Positions 13,990-27,875 of a stretch of DNA of 64,000 bases are shown here, piece by piece. The stretch is from assembly GCF_006345805.1 (NCBI RefSeq), contig NC_043006.1:55800001-55864000 (forward strand). The letters run 5' to 3'. The stretch's first letter is position 1; every line of letters begins with the position of its first letter. The position numbers and the translations under genes were made by a program. The notes beneath the pieces were generated by a model, which was given only the letters and a program-made list of their open reading frames with translations, searched no databases and was not told where the DNA came from. This DNA comes from Octopus sinensis (taxonomy: Eukaryota).

Positions 13990-14896
13990 TCACGCACACA
14001 CAGAGGCACACATACACATACGCACACACACGCACACAGACACACACATATTTGATTTGGGTGCTAAACCTGGTGTTTGCCCTTAAACCTCGCTCGCCAA
14101 CGCTGCAACAATTTTCTGACTCCACTTGCCTTACACACACACACACACACACATAAATATATAGGTGTACATAATACATATATATATATACATAAAAACA
14201 TACATACATACATACATGCATACATACATGCATACATACATACATACATGCATACATACATACATACATACATACATACATACATACATACATACGTACG
14301 TACGTACGTACGTACGTACATACGTATAAAAGCGGCGAATTGACAGGATAGTTAGCATGTCAAGTAAAATACTTAGGGGCTTTTTATCCTTCTTTACGTT
14401 CTGAATCCAAAGTCCACCAAAGTCGACTTTACCTATTAACCTTTCAGAGTCGATAAGTACCAGTTGAGCAACTGGGGTCAATATAATCGGCTTGTCCCTT
14501 CCCCGAAACTGCTAACATTGTAAAGATCTGTAAAACTTTCCAAAAGTTTATCATTGAAATACATATGAGCATGTTTAGATATGCAAATATATGCATGAGA
14601 ATACATGCATAAAGCAAAACATACAAATTTGTACATATACATGCATACATGCATGCATACATACATACATACATACATACATACATACATACATACATAC
14701 ATACATACATACATACAAACAAAAACACTGTTGTTGATGTTGAAATTCTAATGAAAGAGCCTTGTGTCTAGATTAGAAACCGGCTCTTTCTCTATTGGCA
14801 AGAAATCTTGAAATAAAATTGAATAATGACATAACACATACATACATACATACATACATACACGCATACATATACATACATACATACATACATACA

Positions 14897-14932
<36 letters not shown>

Positions 14933-15060
14933 TACATACATACATACATACATATATACATACATACATACATACATACATGCACACATACATACATACA
15001 TGCATACATGCATACATACATACATACATACATGCATACATGCATACATACATACATACA

Positions 15061-15096
<36 letters not shown>

Positions 15097-15110
15097 TACA
15101 TATATATACT
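13870..15110. repeat. Cluster of (TA)n, (CA)n and long (TACA)n microsatellites
   Basis: Directly visible; source of the MYVC/HTYI pseudo-ORFs. Confidence 0.95.
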
Positions 15111-15335
15111 TGCGTTGTATTTTAACATCCTCTTTCACTCACCGTCTCTTAATTATTGTATTACGATTCATAATTTGGCCTTGTATTTCATGCCAATAGT
15201 TTTTAGTAACCCACTAAACTGCTGGGTGAGGTTCACTTCGAATTTCAGCTGGATTGCCAAAAGAGAACAAAACCAGTCAGATTGAAACAAAGGATAATTT
15301 TTCTTGGCTCGCTTCCCTTTCGTCCATCTTCATTA

Positions 15336-15401
<66 letters not shown>

Positions 15402-15759
15402 CATCATCATCATTATTTGGAATGTAAAATTAAAAGGGAAGTGCTACTTTCCAGTAGATTTGCTGAAAGGTAGCTGGGAGTAGCGAGCATGGTCTGTTTG
15501 TCTACTCTAAGTTTGAACCTGTAGATTGAAAGAAGACATCAGTACGAAGGCCTTATTGGTCAGAGTCACCGTGGTTTTGCGAGGTTTCCTTGAGCAGCTT
15601 CCGGAAGTCTCCCTCTTGTCGAAGATTTATTTATTGTTGGAATTTATTATTACAGTTGTTCTTCATATAATCTCGCATTACATCTTCCACCCCAATGATT
15701 TTGTGGTTAAAAGAGAAAACACATTCTTAGCGTTGTTATATTTCATTGTACACTATTGA

Positions 15760-16060
15760 AATCACCGTGATCACCGCGACCGACCAGGCTATCAGATTTT
15801 GCTACACATCGCTGGTAAACAATGCGCTTCGCATTGTTTTAGCCTTCAAATGACGCCACCCTGCTGGCTAAGCGAGCAGGCCAACAGAAGAAAGAGTGAG
15901 AGAAAGTTGTGGCGAAAGAGTACTGCAAGGGTTGCCACCGTCCCCTGCCGGAGCCTCGTGGAGCTTTAGGTGTATTCACTCACAACTCCCGGTCCGGGAA
16001 TCGAAACCACGATCCTACGACCGTCAGTCCGCTGCCCTAACCACTGGGACATTGCGCCCC
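15760..16060 (-). mobile_element. SINE family C-related copy
   Basis: Shares the tRNA-like head and the aaagctccacgaggctccggca segment with 17060-17190. Confidence 0.8.
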
Positions 16061-17059
16061 CACACACTATTGATATAAATTACTTATTTTCATTGTGTTT
16101 TCCTCTCATGTTAACTGTCAAACCCGAACAAAATGCCTCAGACGGAAAGTACATTTCTGAGAAAATAAAAATATGAGCTGTTTTAAGTATAGATTTTTTT
16201 TTATCATTCGCGTATCTGACTTGATGTCCAGCCGCTCAGATTCTTTTTTTCATTTTCTTTTTGAATGAACCTAAATCACCATGGATAACAAGTTTTACTT
16301 TCACTTCTGCTACTGGGATTTCTCGCATTCTTGATTCATCGTATTCATCTATTTTAAATCAGTGTATTTCATGATTTTTTTTCTTACAGCCATATCTGCA
16401 ATATTTTGTCAGAAGGAATTGTAACGTCTACTACGAGGCATTTTGTTTTTATATATAATGTATGAGACCAGGAATTTTGAGGGGACGAGGTAAGTCGATT
16501 ACGTTGACCTCGGTACTCAACAGATATTTATTTTATCGACCCCAGAGTGATGAAAAGCAAAATCGACTTCGACATTTGAACGTAAAAAAGCGGAAGAAAT
16601 GCTGATTAGTATTTTGACCGGCATGCCAACAATTCTGCCAACTTGCCTCCTTGATGTCATCTTAATGATATCTCCTTTACGTCGTTCAATTAATTTTGCT
16701 GTCAAGTAACAACAAAAACAAGATATTAAATAAAACCACAGCCACCATCGAGAAAAAAAACCCAGTTAAAACAAATACAAATAAAATACAAGAAAAACAA
16801 ATAAAATGAACGAAGAACAATTAACAACATCAGTGATAGCAGCTACAGCGGCAGCATCACAAGATTAATTCCTGTAGAAGAGTCTCTCGTAGCATATAAA
16901 AACACCGTCTCCACCACTACTGCTTCAGTGGTTGACAGAGGAAACAACGTCGGCGGCTTCACCTACACCGTTTTGGGCTGAACAAGTCTTGCAACCAAAG
17001 CAATGCCGTTACTACGGTTGCCGGTTCTGTCAGCATCTAAAACAGCAGCAGAAGCAAGT

Positions 17060-17410
17060 GGGGGCGCAATGGCCCAATGGTTAGGGCAGCGGACTCGCGG
17101 TCGGACGATCGCGGTTTCGATTCCCAGACCGGGCGTTGTCTGTGTTTATTGAGCGAAAACACCTAAAGCTCCACGAGGCTCCGGCAAGGTGGGGTGGCGA
17201 CCCCTGTTGTACTTGCTCCAACTTTCTCTCACTCTTTCTTCCTACTTCTTGTCCCCGACTTCCAAGGCAACCGATGAGCCTGGATGCGCATTCATCCCTC
17301 CGTCGATGCTCTCGGTGTCGGGGGTTGGCCTGCTTTCTCTTCTGCGGGTCTTACGAATAGTAAAGGACCACGTTTCGGACTTCTGGGACGAAGACCATTC
17401 GCAGACCATT
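17060..17410 (+). mobile_element. SINE family C with tRNA-like head
   Basis: ggggcgcaatggcccaatggttagggcagcggactcgcggtc...ggtttcgattccc (A and B boxes) followed by a non-tRNA body. The same head is reversed at ~15985-16060 and ~40925-40980. Confidence 0.8.
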
Positions 17411-17439
17411 CAACAGCAATAGCAGCAGAAGCAACATTA

Positions 17440-17860
17440 AGGCGGCGAGCTGGCAGAAGCGTTAGCACGCCGTGCGGAATGCTTTATTGTATTTCATCCG
17501 CCGTTGCTTTCTGAGTTCAAATTCCGCCGAGGTCGACTTTGCCATTCATCCTTTCGGGGTCGATTAAATAAGTACCAGTTACGCACTGGGATCGATATAA
17601 TCGACTTAATCCATTTGTCTGTCCATGTTTGTCCTCACTGTGTTTAGCCCCTTGTGGGTAGTAAAGAAATAGGTATTTCGTCTCCCGTTACGTTCTGAGT
17701 TCAAATTCCGCCGAGGTCGACTTTGTCTTTCATCCTTTCGAGGTCGATTAAATAAGTACCAGTTACACACTGGGATCGATATAATCGACTTAATCTGTTT
17801 GTTTGTCCTTGTTTGTCCCCTCTGTGTGTAGCCCCTTATGGGCAGTAAAGAAATAAAGAA
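17440..17860 (+). mobile_element. SINE family A, internally duplicated
   Basis: Same structure as 8812-9215. Confidence 0.9.
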
Positions 17861-18603
17861 ATAAGAAGCAACATTAACACTTAAAGACACAACTAAGAAG
17901 ACATAAGAACTGGGTCTTTCACCTGCGCAGCGAGAGTTCGAGAAAGAAACGATTAAATAAGTGAATGCTTGAAAGAGGTTTGAAATATGTTAAGTCCAAA
18001 GCGAGGGAAAGTTAGTTTGTCCTTCCACAAAAGCATCGAGGAAACACAGAAACACACAGCAACTTTCTGCTGAATACATGCGAAAATTAAACAGGTAGAG
18101 AGATGCATGACGACTGTGTGGAGTCTCGACACTTGCATGGCAGGCACCATGGTAAAGTGAATGTCAGGTTCCCTTTTGAGATCCAATTGAAAATGTATCA
18201 TTTGGAAAAGGTAAAGGTGTTGGATGCGTTGCCATAAAGAAGCATTAATTGGCTGCTGCCGGTCATCTTCGCAGACATTGAAAATGTAGTCACAACCCTA
18301 GAGGAGCAGAAGTTGTACTGAGAAAACTGGTCGCGGGAGGCATGGAGCTTTTGATCTAAATAGATCAGCAAAGGCTCGGATCACTGCCGATTTGATTGGC
18401 ATGCAGGTTGGCATTCTTTCGGTTGTGATGCTGCAAACGACATAAGAGAATTCCATCTACGACAGAGGGTCTAAAAAAAACCAACCAATTGCCTCCATCA
18501 CTATAAACACAACAATAACAACACCAGCAACAGTGTGCAGCCACAATAGTAGAAGTATGAATAGCAGGTGTAGGAGTGGCTGTGTAGTAAGTAGCTTGCT
18601 TAC

Positions 18604-20974
18604 TTCCGGTTACCCAGAATGCAACTCTAGTTGGTCTGGACTGTTACAGTGAGAAGACGTGAGATTTGGCTCCGTGAATAGAAAAAAGAACAAAAAGAAA
18701 AATAGTCAATTATGGCTCGCTATAGCGAGCAAAAATATTGCGTTCTCATCACTATAACGGTGAATTGAGAATTTTTGCTTGAAAATTCTTGGTGTGGCTT
18801 TTTTTCGCCAAATAATTTGTAAATTCTAGTGGGCGTATCTCGCTAGAAAAAGTGAAATTTTTCCGAACTGGAGTACTTCAAGAATAACCCAGACTATTGG
18901 ATTACCTTTTGGAGTATTGTACAAAGGGCTCCGTCTGTTCTATTTGTGAAGTTTTTATTTTATTTTTTTACCTTCTATTTTTTCTTTCTTTCTAAATTTT
19001 GGAAAATTCTTTTCATTATTTAAATTTCAGTTTCCTTTCCTTCTCTTTTATTTTGTTTTACTTCTATTTTTTCGGTTTTAATTTTTTGGCGGACTGTTTT
19101 TTGAACTACTTTTGATCTGTTTTTTTTTGGGGGGGGGACATGGCAGAGAAGGAACTTAAAAAGAACTCTGTCTTGGAGTGGTAAATTAACCCGCCTAAGC
19201 AGTGGTTAAAAGATATGGAGGAGAGGACGGTGGTGGTTAGAACTTACTCTAAAGTTTTTGATACCATCACCGTCTTCAGAAAACAAACCATTGAAGAAGA
19301 ACTAAAATACTATTTGTCCCCTGTAAAATATATATCCCGGGGCGTCAGGCATGCAACGGTGTGGTTGCTGTTCAACACCAGGGAGGAGGCTGGCAATTTT
19401 GCAAGTCAGCCTTTGGAGGGAAAAGAAATATTGTTCCTCCCGTTGTATTACGGGAGGAAGGTGATAAGAGCCTGTGTATGTGGGCTACCCCCGGGAATAG
19501 AGGCGGATTGGATAGGCGGCCTGGGGGATAGCAGGTCCAGGCTCTTAAATGTAAGAGTGACGCCTGCGGTCAACTGGGAGGGTGCAAAAGCAACTTTGAC
19601 TCTGTGGACCCCAGAGGCCGCAGGCAAAAAAACCTACCCCGACTTTTTGAGGATGGTTGGCTCCAGGTATCCAGTGATTTTGGAGGGTCGCCTCCCCACC
19701 AAGTGTCACTCGTGCCGGGAGTCAGGCCATGTCAAGAAGGACTGCCCCCGGAACCGTGATTAGGCTCCGGAGCAGGAAAAGGGGAAGGTGCACTCCGCTC
19801 GCCCATTGCAGGGAGAAACGGAGGAAGTCGTTGAGTTGTCGACCTCAACGAGAAGAAAGAGAAAGGTGAGCAACGGTGGTTGCTCACCAGTAGACGTGCA
19901 GGTTGCGGGAAAGGAGGAGGACCCCTCGGATGTGCCGACGGAGGCCCCGACTCCCGCAACCGAAAGAAGAAAAAAGAGGAAGAAGAAAAACGGGAGACGG
20001 TCAGCGGATGTCGCTGTACCGTCGAACGAACCCGATGTTCCACCGGTGGGAAGTGTGCCACCGGAGCGAGAGGCTCTGTTAGTGGGAACTGTGCCACTGA
20101 CAGAACAGGATGAGATCTCTCTCTGTGAGGAAGAGTTTGTCATTCTCTATCTCAAGGGAGGGCCTGTGGAGTTATACTTGGACAGTCTACTAGACCGAAA
20201 GGGATATGACTCGACCTGTATAGACTGTCTAAGCTGGCCTCCGCAGGTGGCTGCGGACGTCATAAATCAGAAAGAACTGATTGAGGTCAGCAAGACCTGT
20301 AACAAAGAAGATTTTGTTTCCCTCGGTCCGAGCCAGCCAATGCAGGCTTTCCTGCAGGCGGCAGCAAACGTACTTGGGAGCCCGGATGAGGAAGACGAAG
20401 AATAATGAAAAATATATTTTTGTAATGTGTAATTTCAATTTTTCAATTTTTTAAATTATAATTTTGATTTATATTGATTTAAATTGAACAATGATTTCGA
20501 GGGATTATAGGTCGGCGGGCGCCGGTGCCCCTCCCATTATTATTTTTTTTTCCATCTTTGTCGTTTTCATACTCATTAATGTCTCTGTCCAGCCCACAGC
20601 TACCTTTATCTATGTACAACCTTCATGGTCAATTCGAGGAAATAAAGTAGCTTTATCCCATGAACCCGGAAAAAATTAAAACAGAGGGTTACTTACTTGC
20701 AAACAAATGAGATAACATGTAACATTATTGACCGAGGTTACCGTGGTCTTTTCCATAGGCTTTTCCTTCCACGAATAAACCTATCTGCTTCCATCTTTAC
20801 ACTTTACATCATGACATTTCTGTGATACACGATCCCTATTGATCGGTTTTCCCCTTTTTACGATCCCTTATGACCGAAAACCTACCCTTACTTTTTTTTT
20901 CTCCCCAAATAGAAAAGCTCTACTTTGTAATCTGTCCCGTCTGTGTGCAACCCTGTGTGGCTAATAAAGTAACA

Positions 20975-20976
<2 letters not shown>
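18604..20976 (+). mobile_element. L1/Tx1-like element carrying only ORF1 (HAL1-like)
   Basis: 5' end ttccggtt...gagaagacgtg, T-rich 5' UTR, gag-like ORF, then ~570 bp with no ORF2, ending ...ccctgtgtggctaataaag followed by (TATC)n. Confidence 0.6.
19140..20405 (+). pseudogene. Retroelement ORF1/gag-like protein with CCHC zinc knuckle, broken by two in-frame stops
   Basis: ATG at 19140 is in frame with ORFs 19215-19763 and 19788-20405, with stops TAA at 19182-19184 and TAG at 19761-19763. CHSCRESGHVKKDC fits CX2CX4HX4C. It has basic runs RRKRK and RRKKRKKK and an acidic C-terminus. Confidence 0.8.
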
Positions 20977-21047
<71 letters not shown>

Positions 21048-21364
21048 GTCTATCTGTCTGTCTGTCTGTCTGTCTAAATGTCTGTCTGTCTAAATGTCTG
21101 TCCGTCTGTCCGTCTGTCTGTCTATCCCTTCGTCCGTCCATCTGTCTGTCCGTCCGTCCGCCTGTTTGTCTGTCCGTCCGTCTGTCTGTCTGCCTGTCCG
21201 TCCGTCTGTCTGACTGTCTGTATGATAGGCTTCTTTCAGCTTATGTTTCCTATACCCGTTCACAAGGCTTTGATCGGCCCCGGGTTATTATGGAAGACAG
21301 TTGCCAAAGATGTCACACAGTGGAAATGAGCCCGGTATCAAGTGGTTAGGAAACAAATTTCTGA

Positions 21365-21805
21365 TTGTCCAGACGACCGCGTTTATTGATGGTAATTTGC
21401 TGTTAACAAAGGAACGGAGGATTGCAATAAACTCATGTTGCTCGGGTTTGTTTCGACCCTTTAGAATTGGAATTTTTGAAAAGTAAAAAAATTGCATTAC
21501 GTAGCTTGTTATTCTCTTTAAGTGAACATTTTTCTGGTTGAAATACACCGAAAAATGGCGACACAGTAGTCAAAAAATCGTAAAAAAATAGGGATTTTCA
21601 TAGAAAAAAGCACCTTTTTGATGTAAATGATTTTTGGTATTAACATGGTCCGATTTGAATTTTATCTTCTACGGAAGGAAAAGCAAGCCTTCTTCTATCA
21701 TACTTTCAATTTTAGTCAACTTGCGCCGCAGGGTCTCGGAGGAGATAGGGTTAGTTCCAAACCTGCCATACACAGACAACTTCAGCTTTATATATAGAGA
21801 GATTA
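21365..21805 (+). mobile_element. Possible non-autonomous Helitron/Helentron-type element
   Basis: Non-coding, ending acagacaacttcagctttatatatagagagatt, which resembles HINE/DINE-type ends. Resemblance only. Confidence 0.35.
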
Positions 21806-21836
21806 GCAACACGAATCGGCAAGAAAAAAGAAAAAA

Positions 21837-21897
<61 letters not shown>

Positions 21898-22932
21898 CAA
21901 AACAAAAAAAGAAATAATAAAAACAGAACGAACTATAGAACTATGAAAATGTTGTCTAGGCGACTCCCTTCCACCATAAACAAATATAGATATATCTTTT
22001 TTCCCCGGCAAAAACATAAACTCACAAGTGCCGGCGAATTTTGTTTGGCTGCCAATTTTCATTCTCTTCAATTCCGGCTCGAACTGATTTCATATTCTGT
22101 TTACTCATATGATTTTATATGCTTAACATTGCTTTGAAATTCATTTTCGCAATAAATCAATAAAGAGTTATTAGCTTTTAAAATTTGAAAAGTTTGGCTA
22201 ATTTTAGCTAATCGACACAATCTTGCTATCTTATACTAAATATAAAAGCCAAATAGGCCTTAAATGACGCAACAATTTTTTTGTTTTAGTTTTGGATCAT
22301 CGCATGAATTCCTGTGTGTAGAATACACATTCCCAAAATACAAAAAAGTTATTAGGGGTTATATGGCGTACATAAAGCAGAATTTGATTTGTTTACGGTT
22401 GACAACACGTACTGTCACGCAGATAATGACAGCTTCCAAATCCCATTTTCTGACCGGGTGAAAATCATCAAACTTTAAACCTCTATAACTTAAGAAGAAA
22501 AATATGGATAAAGTGAAGTATCTCCTGAGATTCAGCTTAGAAAACACCATTAATGCACCAAATTTTAAGTCTCTCAATAAACTTTGAGTTTTCGAAATTT
22601 GACAGTCAAACTGAAAAGATCCGAGCAGGCACACTAGTGTGACTGTATGTCTCAGACTTCTACGATATGCCGAACGATGATTTCGAGGTAAAAAAAAGCC
22701 CGTTACAGGAGGCGTTCATAAGAGGAAATCATAAAAAATGTAAGGCTGTCCTAAGAAGAAAGGGAGTTTTAAAGGGGAAGAAAAGATTTCTTCGACTAAC
22801 CACACTTCTGCTCTATCAAGACCATCGGGAGCAGTGTGTGAGTCTATCAATCTATCTATGTACCTAGTTGTGCTGTACATATATAGGTATATGAAATGTA
22901 TATGTACACACACGCACATACACACATACATA

Positions 22933-24210
22933 TACATGGGATCATTCCATAAATAATGCGGTTTTTTCAATTGCATGCACCAAAAGTCAGTGGGAGACAG
23001 AATGAACTACCTGTATCAACTTACTATAAAATCAGGTAGAAATGTTACTTGTACTTATTCTTAGTGAAATTTTTGAAGAGTGCAGTTCGATTTTAACAGT
23101 TATTTTTTTCAAAGTTATAATGGAAGTGACAAAGGAGCATATTCGGCATATTTTGCTTTATGAGTTCAATAATGGCAACAACACAACGGAAAATGCGAGG
23201 AATATTAATGCAGTATACAAAGATCGGAGAATAAGCGTAAGCCAGTGTCAACGGTGGTTCCAGAAATTCTGAGCCGGAAACTACAGCCTAGCAGACGAGC
23301 CTCGTTCTGGAAGAGCTGTACAGCTCGACGAGGGCGTCCTGCAAACCATGATGGAACAAAATCCCACCGTAACTGTTGAGGAAGTAGCACAGAGGCTTTC
23401 GTCATTCATCGACACCTGCGTGCCATGAGTAAAGTTAGCAAATTGGGTCAATGGATTTCTTACAAACTTTTCGAGTCTAATCGCGAGAAGAGAGTGAATG
23501 TGTGATCTTCATTACTGTTACGTCCCACGAATGAACCGTTTTTTTTTTTGACTGAATAAGTGACTGCTGACGACAAATGGGTTCTCTATCAAAATGTCCA
23601 GTGCCGAAGACAGTGGGTAGGCAAAGGAGAAACACCGGTACTCCAGGCTAAAGAAGGTCTTCACCCAGGTAAGGTGTTGTTATCTGTTTGATGGGATATG
23701 AATGGTTTAGACCACTTTGAACTTTTAAACCCAAATCAAACGATGACAAAGGAGATCTATTGCAAGCAGCTTGAGCGGCTTAAGTCAGCGCCAGAAGAAA
23801 ACCGACCATCTTTGGTTTCAAGACTAAAGGTGTTCTTCCATCAGGATAATGCTTGGCCACATACAGTGAGGATAACATTCCAAAGGCTGGAGCAGTGTGA
23901 ATGGGAAAAGATGCCCCACCCACCATATTCGCCGAATATTGTCTCATCTGATTATCATTTAATCCGCAGTCTTCTAAATCATTTGTACGGAAAATATATG
24001 AATTCTGTAAACGAGTTCAGAACAGTACTGGAGGAGTACTTTTCGACACGGACAAGTGAATTTTTGAAAAGGGACCTTGCAAGTCTACTAGATAGATAGT
24101 AGAGCATTGTAGAAAATGAAGAAGGGTATATTTTAGATTAAGAAAGAACTTTGTTTATCTTAATTTTGAAAAATAAAAGAGGTATAAAAAATGTATTATT
24201 TATGGGATGT

Positions 24211-24215
<5 letters not shown>
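22933..24215 (+). mobile_element. Near full-length mariner (DD34D-type) transposon with pseudogenised transposase
   Basis: TIRs gggatcattccataaataatgcggtttt / aaaatgtattatttatgggatgtcc, flanked by TA. HTH region MEVTKEHIRHILLYEF..QRWFQKF, then VTADDKW, HQDNAWPH and HPPYSPNIVSSDYHL. Confidence 0.92.
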
Positions 24216-24257
<42 letters not shown>

Positions 24258-24306
24258 AGAACAAATTGTACCTACGCCACTATATATATGAAAAATACAA
24301 AATGGG

Positions 24307-24968
24307 ACAAGAACGTAAAACATCCGGACAGCTAGGTGATACAAAAGGGGACAACAAAACATCTAAATAGACGATACAAAGAAAACAAGGACGTGTCATT
24401 CGAAGTATTCTTTCTTCGGTGAAGCACCAGATTATCCTCGCAATTTCGACTGATTATTCTTGAGATTGCTCCAATCTGGCCAGCCCCAAGGAAAAACTAA
24501 GCTAAGAGCATTAGATTCCCTGGAAGAAAGCAGCGAATGTATACAAAAACAAGGACGGAAAAAACGGACAATGTTATACAAATATAAATGCAAAATAAAA
24601 AATACAATAAAAATAATAACAGGACATAACAACAGGTGTCTTTCGACTAAGGACGAACTGAATTAAGCTGGCGCTTGTGGAAATGAAGCCTTACAGCTAT
24701 ATATTGTCCTTTTTTTCGTCCTTGCCTTTGTATCCATTCGCTGCTTTCTTCCAAGGAATCTAATGCTCTTAGGTTAGTTTTTCTTTGGGGCTGGCCAGAT
24801 TGGAGCAATCTCGAGTATAACCAGCCGAAATTGCAAAGATAATCTGGAACTCGACTAAGGAAAGAAAACTCCAAATGACTCGTCCTTGTTTTCTTTGTAT
24901 CGTCTGTCTGGATGTTTTATTGTCCCTTTTTTGTATCACCTAACTGTCTGGATGTTTTACGTTCTTGT
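24307..24968. mobile_element. Inverted pair of ~265-bp repeat arms (probable PLE pLTR inversion) in (TA)n; related copy at ~6435-6620
   Basis: 24307-24573 is a diverged reverse complement of 24702-24968, with a spacer of ~130 bp. Confidence 0.75.
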
Positions 24969-25007
24969 TATATATATATATATATATAGCGGTGTACATA
25001 CACTTTA

Positions 25008-25082
<75 letters not shown>

Positions 25083-25670
25083 ATATATGTGTGTGTTTGT
25101 GTGTGTGTGTGTGTGTGTATACACCAAAACTGCGCAAACTTTCCACTCACCAAGCATTGTGCATCCCGTGACAAGAGCATAAAACACTATATCTTGTGGT
25201 AACGACGAGACGTTTTAGATACAAAAACATAACCGAACCTTTATTTACATTTCTTTGTATTCTATATTTAAATTCCATCACAATAGACTTTGCATATTAT
25301 TATGCGAAGTCAAAGACGAGCACGAAGACGGAATCGTTAGCATGCCGGACAAAGCCCTTAGTGGCATTTCATCGGCTTTTCGCTGAGTTCAATTACTGCC
25401 GAGGTTGTCTTTGCCTTTCATTCTTTCCATTTCGATGCAATAAATATCTGTTTAGCACTGGGATTGAAGTATCCCCAACAAAATTTCAATTCCTGTTCCT
25501 ATATTAGAATTATGCCAAGTTGAGAAAATATTTTCCGGTGAACTAACAGATGAAAACATGACATTTGAAAATACAAATAATGAGCTTACCTATAAATTTA
25601 TAACTTTATATATCTTACTTTTTTTCTGTCGTTGGGCTGGCGCTATACTGCAGCCCAGATCTATCTATCT

Positions 25671-25772
<102 letters not shown>

Positions 25773-26874
25773 CCATACATACATACATACATACATACAT
25801 GTATGTATTTATTTATTATTCTTAAAGAAGAATGTTGTTGATAGTGACTTCAAAGTTTCAGCCAAGTAAGCCGACGATGGGCTAGCTGACTGAAATATCG
25901 AAGTCGCAGTCAACAACATTTTTCTTTAAAAATGATAGATTTATACTCTTCAAAAGACAGACAGACACACACACACACACATAAGGGACTACTATCCGAT
26001 ATGGCGTACCGGCAGTTATTTTTCCGATGTGCCAGGGACCGGTAATATTAATTCATACCGGAAGCAATATATATATATATATTATAATATATATATAATG
26101 AATATAATAAAAGTTGGCAATTTTTCTATCTTATATTTATTTTGTAAACAAATGATTCAAAAATAATACAAATAATTCATAAGCATTTTATAATGTTTCT
26201 TCCTTTTCTGGAAACTGGCCGCGTTCCGGCAGCTGATAGTTCGCGGACCACCACGTTGAGTAGCACTGGTTTACGTCACTCACTAGACTTTGGTCGGCCC
26301 GGGTCTTTATTGGAAGACAGTTGCTCAAGATGCCGTGCACAGTGAGAATGAACACGGAACCATGTTATTACGAAGCAAACTTCTTGCCGCACAGCCACGA
26401 GCGCGTTGTAGAGAGTGAATTGCTATTAACATAGGAAGGTAGGGTTGCAAAAAAACTCATGTTGCTTGAAATACCACTAAGTTTTACTTAATTAATAGTG
26501 GAGATACTGGCGGATTTTCTTTTGAGATAATATGTTGGTGTTTCAAACCATGCGTAAGTTTGTTTCCATATTTACAAGGCTGAACCTGGTAAATTCATTA
26601 TTTCTTACCCCAAAACTAATCTGTTTCCCATTTATGTAGCCACAACACCACCAGACCAACACACGCAAACATGTACACACGCACGCACACACACGCTCGC
26701 GCTCACATACACGTAATATCCACACAAAACTCATTATGCATGCATATATATATATATATATATATACAAACATATGTATACACACACACATATAGACACA
26801 TAATGATTTTGTGTGTATAAAAATACGTCTGTATTGTGTAGTGCGCGTGCGTGTGTGCGTGGATGCGTGTATGT

Positions 26875-26926
<52 letters not shown>

Positions 26927-27228
26927 TGTAAGTGTAAAACAGGAAGGGAAAAAAAGCGTCTACTCAATAGCAAAATTAAAGCTGTGTATCATATTTCATT
27001 GGAAATAGAGATTGCAGAGTTGTTGTTACTCCGAGTTTCTCGCTTCCGATCGTATGAAGTTAGTGAAAAATAAACATTAGGAAGTTTTTGAAAGAGAAGC
27101 ATAAAAGGTAAATTAAAGTCGAAGAAGATTTTAAGAAATTAGCCCACAAAACTTGAAACAAAATGAACTTTTACGGACGAGGATATGAACACTAAACACA
27201 CAAACACACACACACACGCACACACACA

Positions 27229-27322
<94 letters not shown>

Positions 27323-27825
27323 TATTCACACAAAACTCATTTTGTATGCTTATATATATGTATAGGATGAATTTAGCAAAGCCACCTAGCCAAGCAGCGA
27401 CTCTGTGTTGATAAAGGGCAATGCTCCAGAAACCGGTCCACAGATGTTGTTTTGTGCTGGATGGCGGGTGCTGGACTCCCTGTTCGAAAATATTAGGACA
27501 CAGATATTGTGCTATATAGCCAACTGGAAACGATGTTACCTGGGGCTAAACAACAGTAGCAAACGTCCCTTCCAGGACAGCCACAAAATGTTGGCAAATA
27601 GCCTTGACTTCAATTTCATATATATTTATATGCATGAGTATGTATGTGCATGCATATATGTATATATTTATGTATGTATAAGTACATATACACGTATATA
27701 TGAATTGATAGTATACATATATATATGTGTGTGTGTGCTCTTGTGTGTGTGCGTGTATAAATATATGTGTGTATATGTGTGTGTACATATACATGCATAC
27801 ATACATATATACATCCATCCATACA

Positions 27826-27875
<50 letters not shown>

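Noticed and set aside
15143-15250. Minus-strand segment with good acceptor and GTGAGT donor inside the large intron
   Set aside because: Stops in all three frames and no cholinesterase similarity; at most a cryptic exon.
17060-17135. tRNA-like sequence
   Set aside because: The acceptor stem is not properly formed, it continues into a repeat body, and it recurs at ~16000 and ~40950. It is a SINE head, not a tRNA gene.
17960-18460. Coding-like composition, possibly a decayed retroelement
   Set aside because: No motif could be identified with confidence.
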